Shown here: piece by piece, positions 61,001 through 64,000 of the stretch
Numbering within the stretch: the stretch's first letter is position 1
Layout of the letters: each line of letters opens with the position of its first letter
Assembly (NCBI GenBank): GCA_050633305.1
Contig: JBOEGF010000018.1
Coordinates: forward strand, 160,001 to 224,000
Length of the DNA: 64,000 nt
Source of the DNA: Nannocystales bacterium
GTDB lineage: Bacteria; Myxococcota_A; Polyangia; Nannocystales; Nannocystaceae
Direction of reading: 5' to 3'
The notes under the pieces: model-generated
Databases searched by the model: none
What the model saw: only the letters and a program-made list of their open reading frames with translations
What the model was told of the DNA's origin: nothing
Program-made: the position numbers and the translations under genes

Positions 61001-61927
61001 CTTGCTCGGGTCGCGCTCCAACAGATCCATGCAGAGCGACTGAAGGTCGGGCGGGATGCCGGTGACCCTCGCGGAGGGGAGCTTCGGGGCCTCGTCTTTT
61101 TTGGCGGCGAGCAGGGCGAGCAGGCCGAGGCCGGTGTACGGCGGGGCTCCGGTAAGGAGCTGGTAGAGCATTTCGCCGACCGAGTACCAGTCGCTTGCGG
61201 GGCCGACCTCAGCGCCGTAGGCCTGCTCGGGGGACATGAAAAGCGGCGTTCCGAGGACGGCACCGTCGGCGGTCACCCCGACCGCGTCGTCGGCGTCGAT
61301 CCCCCGGACCAAGCCGAAGTCCAGGATGACCACCCGGCCGGACTCCTCCATCAACACGTTGGATGGCTTGAGGTCGCGGTGGAGGAAGCCCGCGTCGTGG
61401 ATCGCTTGCACACCCTCGGCCAGCTGGCGCATGGCTTCACGGACCCGGTCGTAGTCGCGGGCGGGGTCGTGCACGGTCCGAGTGCCGTCCTTCGGTGGGC
61501 CGCACAGCGCTTGGGTGAACCCCTTGCCGCGGACGAGCTCCATCGAGAAGAACAACCGCTCGCCCTGGAGCATCAGCTCATGCAGCCGGATGACGTTTCG
61601 GTGCCGAACATCGGCCAGCGCCCGGAACTCCCGCTTGAAGCGGTACAGGGCGTCGGGGCTCATTCCCCGGATCGCTTTAATGGCGACCGGCGAGGCGGAT
61701 GGCTCCGGGGGTTCCGCCTCGAAGACCTCTCCCACCGCACCCCGGCCGAGCCGGGACAGAATCGTGAATCGCCCGAGACGCGTTGGGATCGCGTCCGAGT
61801 CGCGCCCTTCCTCATCCCGGAGCTGGGCGCCGTCGAGAACGTGGGTTTCGGTCCGCGTCCGAGCGGCAACCTCTGCGTTGCTCTCCCCGTCCGCTTTACC
61901 GTCCGCTGATGGCTTCAATCCCGCCAA
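58088..61927 (-). CDS. Ser/Thr kinase fused to an AAA/STAND-like ATPase and helical repeats
   Basis: LGRGAVGEV, HRDLKPSN, LDFGLV, GTPLFMSPEQ; FLGRENEL, Walker A GVSGIGKS, Walker B YIDDLQW, EGSPFF, YHDRIRE. Confidence 0.93.
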   Translation of the reverse strand: MAGLKPSADGKADGESNAEVAARTRTETHVLDGAQLRDEEGRDSDAIPTRLGRFTILSRLGRGAVGEVFEAEPPEPSASPVAIKAIRGMSPDALYRFKREFRALADVRHRNVIRLHELMLQGERLFFSMELVRGKGFTQALCGPPKDGTRTVHDPARDYDRVREAMRQLAEGVQAIHDAGFLHRDLKPSNVLMEESGRVVILDFGLVRGIDADDAVGVTADGAVLGTPLFMSPEQAYGAEVGPASDWYSVGEMLYQLLTGAPPYTGLGLLALLAAKKDEAPKLPSARVTGIPPDLQSLCMDLLERDPSKRPSGDEILARLGSHERAETPDERSNANLFLGRENELRGLHRAFAATRKGRPVVVTLEGVSGIGKSALVDQFLRKVGRNRGALVLAGKCSERESIPYKALDSVMDMVSAFLRTLPTSTEAQALLPRNISALARLFPVLLSVPAVAIAPLHVLPDVMPQEARRRGIESLRELLGRIADRRPLVVYIDDLQWSDLDSLVVLESVLHHVDAPPLMLVCSFREAAPERTQILGRFIAELHAIEPAIDLRAMRLGPMGLEEAKGLALRMLGEDSPVHQTLASEVAREAEGSPFFVAQLVRHAQRTHRGEDLSATDSAVSLDDVIRHRLELLSAAARRMLAIVSVAGGRMPMELATRLAQVEASSQDALADLRAETLVRTEGPGDTPIVEIYHDRIRETVLRGLDARHARDLHLRIAHALAESHEPDAAALSHHFRRGGAPALASKHTIAAADQAAEALAFDRAAELYQAALDIGVVPDEERGDLEARYARALASAGRQYEAAKVFLSAADQLTEDRRPPLLQAAAELLLTSGHSREGRVVLKEVLGAHDVVLPQSRGHAIRSVLWHRAALSIKSFKVDAKSEDSIDPELRSKMDALWTAARGLIYTDGLLGAGFHAQHLRWSLKTGDPTQLARSLGFEAHLTASMKPVAKRERCFDLLDHADQLAEAAASPYARGMVLQARGHVHLFLGEWEQAQRTLDEAKTTFIEQTTGTAPEVGFCESHAALCIQFMGRAQELAPRAHELLRNSVQLAHTYSQGFARGLLGHLVYLAADRVDEAEEQLLLYREEAPWGFQAHIQNYVSQTTALLRYQGNVEAAWRLVEARRPEIEKFDIQRSPFSRAEHQFWLCQNALAMALRKRSETSAFLKLAAEHGRKMVSSLPTRHQHAYGHLTLGNVFEQQGDQDAAVKHFRQAVDDFDAHKMGSFSAVSRMRLAHLVGGSESDELRTQARDYIETESIAAPQRLFEMISPGCAETLA

Positions 61928-62026
61928 GAGTCCCGCGCGCTGGCTCCAAGACTCGCGCGTTTGTGCCGAGCCGGCAAGGGGCTGTACAGCCTCTCCGAAT
62001 CGAGCTGGGCCCTAAGTCGAGTTGTC

Positions 62027-62416
62027 TTAGTTGAGCGCGTACGGTGTGCTGAGGCTGAAGGCGGCGACTTCGGCATCGAACTGTTCACCGTCTTCAGTGA
62101 CCATTTGATACGAGCCGTGCATCGTGCCGAAGGCTGTCGGGAGCGGGCATGCGGAGGTGTACTGAAAGCGCTCCCCCGGACGCAGGACGGGCTGTGCACC
62201 GACGACCCCCGGTCCTCGGACCTCTTCTACGTGCCCGTCTGCGTCCGTGATGACCCAGTGCCGGCTGACCAGCTGCATGGTCTCTTCGCCGCCATTGTGT
62301 AGCGACACGGTATAGGCAAAGAACCAAGCTCCGTCTCCCGGACTTGATTGCTCAGGGATGTACCGGGACTCGACCTTGACCTCGAGCCCGCGAGTGATCG
62401 CCTGGGATGCCGACAC
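62027..62416 (-). CDS. apaG: ApaG protein
   Basis: FFAYTV, QLVSRHWVITD, EVRGPGVVGAQPVLRPGE.FQYTS, GTMHGSYQM. Confidence 0.96.
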   Translation of the reverse strand: MSASQAITRGLEVKVESRYIPEQSSPGDGAWFFAYTVSLHNGGEETMQLVSRHWVITDADGHVEEVRGPGVVGAQPVLRPGERFQYTSACPLPTAFGTMHGSYQMVTEDGEQFDAEVAAFSLSTPYALN

Positions 62417-62452
62417 CGGGACGGATGGTAGCAGGTCGGGTGGGGGTCGGGC

Positions 62453-63301
62453 TCACCAAGTCGGCGGCGGGGCGAATCGGTCGTCGAAGGGTCGGGCTCG
62501 GCGGCGACGCTCACGGTCCGGTGTCCAGCGCGGTGCGCGTTCGGAGAACAGCGCGACGCCGATGACTCCAACGTCACGGGATGCCCCGCGGCGCGACGCG
62601 TAGCTGTCGCGGGTCCGGCCGAACCGGAACGCTGCGACCTCGTCTTCGTGGGTCCGCCATCCTTCGATCACCAAGGTTTCGTGGGCCTCCAAGATGTAGC
62701 CCCGCTTGCGGGTGGATGCGTGACCGCCGTCGATGACATCGAGGCCGTCGACGGACGCCACGACTTCGTAGCGCTGCCGGGAGTGGTTGCGGATCTCGAC
62801 CTCATAGCGCTGACCCGGCGCCCCAATCGCGTACCGCTGGTCTCCGACATCCAGAGCGTCCAGCACTCGGCCTCGGCTATCGACGAGCGAGACGGAGATA
62901 TCGCGGGCTGCGTCGTACAGGGTCGAGGTGCGCCACGGGGAGTCACTCGATGCGGAGACCCCGTCAAAGTCGTCGTACCAGAGGCTGAGCACGGTGTCCG
63001 GGCGGTTGGTCGCACGCTCAAAGCGGGTCTCGTATGTGTCGCTGTGCCGTCTCTCCCCATATAGGGTTCCGAGTCCGGACCGCTCGTCGTCGGTTTCGTA
63101 GGCCCCCGACGATTCGTCGTACGCCGCCGACGTCGGTGAGGCGGTGCTGGACCGCGGTGAACTGGGCGCGCGTGGTGCCCTCGCTCGGCCGTGACGTGTA
63201 CCGAGGTGTGGCGACGAAGCGCGTTGCGCGCGTCTCTTGGAAGCGCAGCCGGCAAGTACGAAAGCGAGCAGAACGAAGGGGAGAGCGCGAAGCATCGACA
63301 T
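62453..63301 (-). CDS. Conserved hypothetical lipoprotein
   Basis: Lipobox LAGC; GQRYEVEIRN...VVASVDGLDVIDG...RGYIL...IEGWR...VAAFRF...DSYA...VGVIGVALFSE. Confidence 0.75.
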   Translation of the reverse strand: MSMLRALPFVLLAFVLAGCASKRRAQRASSPHLGTRHGRARAPRAPSSPRSSTASPTSAAYDESSGAYETDDERSGLGTLYGERRHSDTYETRFERATNRPDTVLSLWYDDFDGVSASSDSPWRTSTLYDAARDISVSLVDSRGRVLDALDVGDQRYAIGAPGQRYEVEIRNHSRQRYEVVASVDGLDVIDGGHASTRKRGYILEAHETLVIEGWRTHEDEVAAFRFGRTRDSYASRRGASRDVGVIGVALFSERAPRWTPDRERRRRARPFDDRFAPPPTW

Positions 63302-63492
63302 CGGTTCGGGCCCGGAACGTCTCGATGGCGGTCGATCCTTACAGTACGGAACGCCGTAAACCACATGGTGGGCGATCACTCACAGCTCGGTACATCGAAA
63401 AACGTGTGGCGTGGCTTGCCCTCCTGACACGCCGGATCTACACACCCCCCGCCTACCGACGTGTAGGACACGACCACACAGGAAGCCGACCG

Positions 63493-64000
63493 ATGACCCG
63501 ATGGACTCAAGCCACACTCGTGATGACCTTTGCCGCAACCGCCCTCGTGGGCTGTGCTGGCACGGCGACCGTGGCGCCCACCGCTCCCACCGCGCCGTCT
63601 GCTGACGCCGCCGAAGTCCACGCCGTCGTCATCGAACCGACCGTCGCTGCCGTGACGGCTCAACCTGGAATCGACACCGCGTGGCTCTCTTTTCGCGACC
63701 AGCGCGACGCACGTTTGACCATGGTCGGCGAGCCGCTCTTGGCCTGTGCCAACGCGCCGGCCAAAGAGCAGGGGCCCGAGTGTGTGGCCCGCCGTGAGAG
63801 CTTCGAGGTCGCCTACGGTCTCAGCACGCTGTATCGGGTCACGCACGATCCCACATACCTCGACGCTGCCGACGCATCGATCACCTCCAAGGCTGTCTCG
63901 CGGGTGGACCGGCTCAGCGTGTATGGCCAGTCCTACTTCCTGGCACTGGCCACCGAGCGCGAATCGACCAAACGGCGGACCGATCTGCACGCCGCGGCCG
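63493..64000 (+). CDS. Lipoprotein, partial (weak DUF2891-like motifs)
   Basis: Not in the ORF track because it is open to the window end. MTRWTQATLVMTFAATALVGC... AYGLSTLYRVT ... YGQSYFLALATERE. Confidence 0.65.
   Translation, partial: MTRWTQATLVMTFAATALVGCAGTATVAPTAPTAPSADAAEVHAVVIEPTVAAVTAQPGIDTAWLSFRDQRDARLTMVGEPLLACANAPAKEQGPECVARRESFEVAYGLSTLYRVTHDPTYLDAADASITSKAVSRVDRLSVYGQSYFLALATERESTKRRTDLHAAA

Overview
High-GC bacterial chromosome segment. The gene content points to a myxobacterium (Myxococcota, probably Nannocystaceae-like; inference): three Hanks-type Ser/Thr kinases, many Ser/Thr/Gly-stalked Cys-rich lipoproteins, a DUF1592+DUF1552 pair, and PspA with a CesT-like chaperone. About 47 plausible CDSs were called. 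Housekeeping genes (infA, uvrD/pcrA, ferredoxin, uppS, cdsA, phhB, apaG, alanine symporter) are interleaved with accessory envelope and signalling modules. No rRNA, tRNA, CRISPR array, IS element or prophage was recognised. The most notable observations are: (1) a protein of five tandem zinc-ribbon units with Arg-rich tracts, followed by a CU-repeat 3' region and a perfect terminator; (2) an ECF sigma / membrane kinase / TPR / LamG operon divergent from a heme-motif DUF1592 + Tat DUF1552 pair; (3) a 2417-aa TPR-like lipoprotein ending in an intact transglutaminase domain; (4) a cluster of DnaA-box-like 9-mers far from any dnaA; (5) an acetoacetate-decarboxylase-like / FAD oxidoreductase fusion behind a kinase-ATPase; (6) an orphan MMPL+LolA pair; (7) a stand-alone LeuA-like regulatory domain; (8) recurring -10-like hexamers 5-10 nt upstream of start codons, suggesting leaderless mRNAs; (9) two frameshifted gene remnants. 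All family assignments come from motif recognition by eye. No database searches were run.
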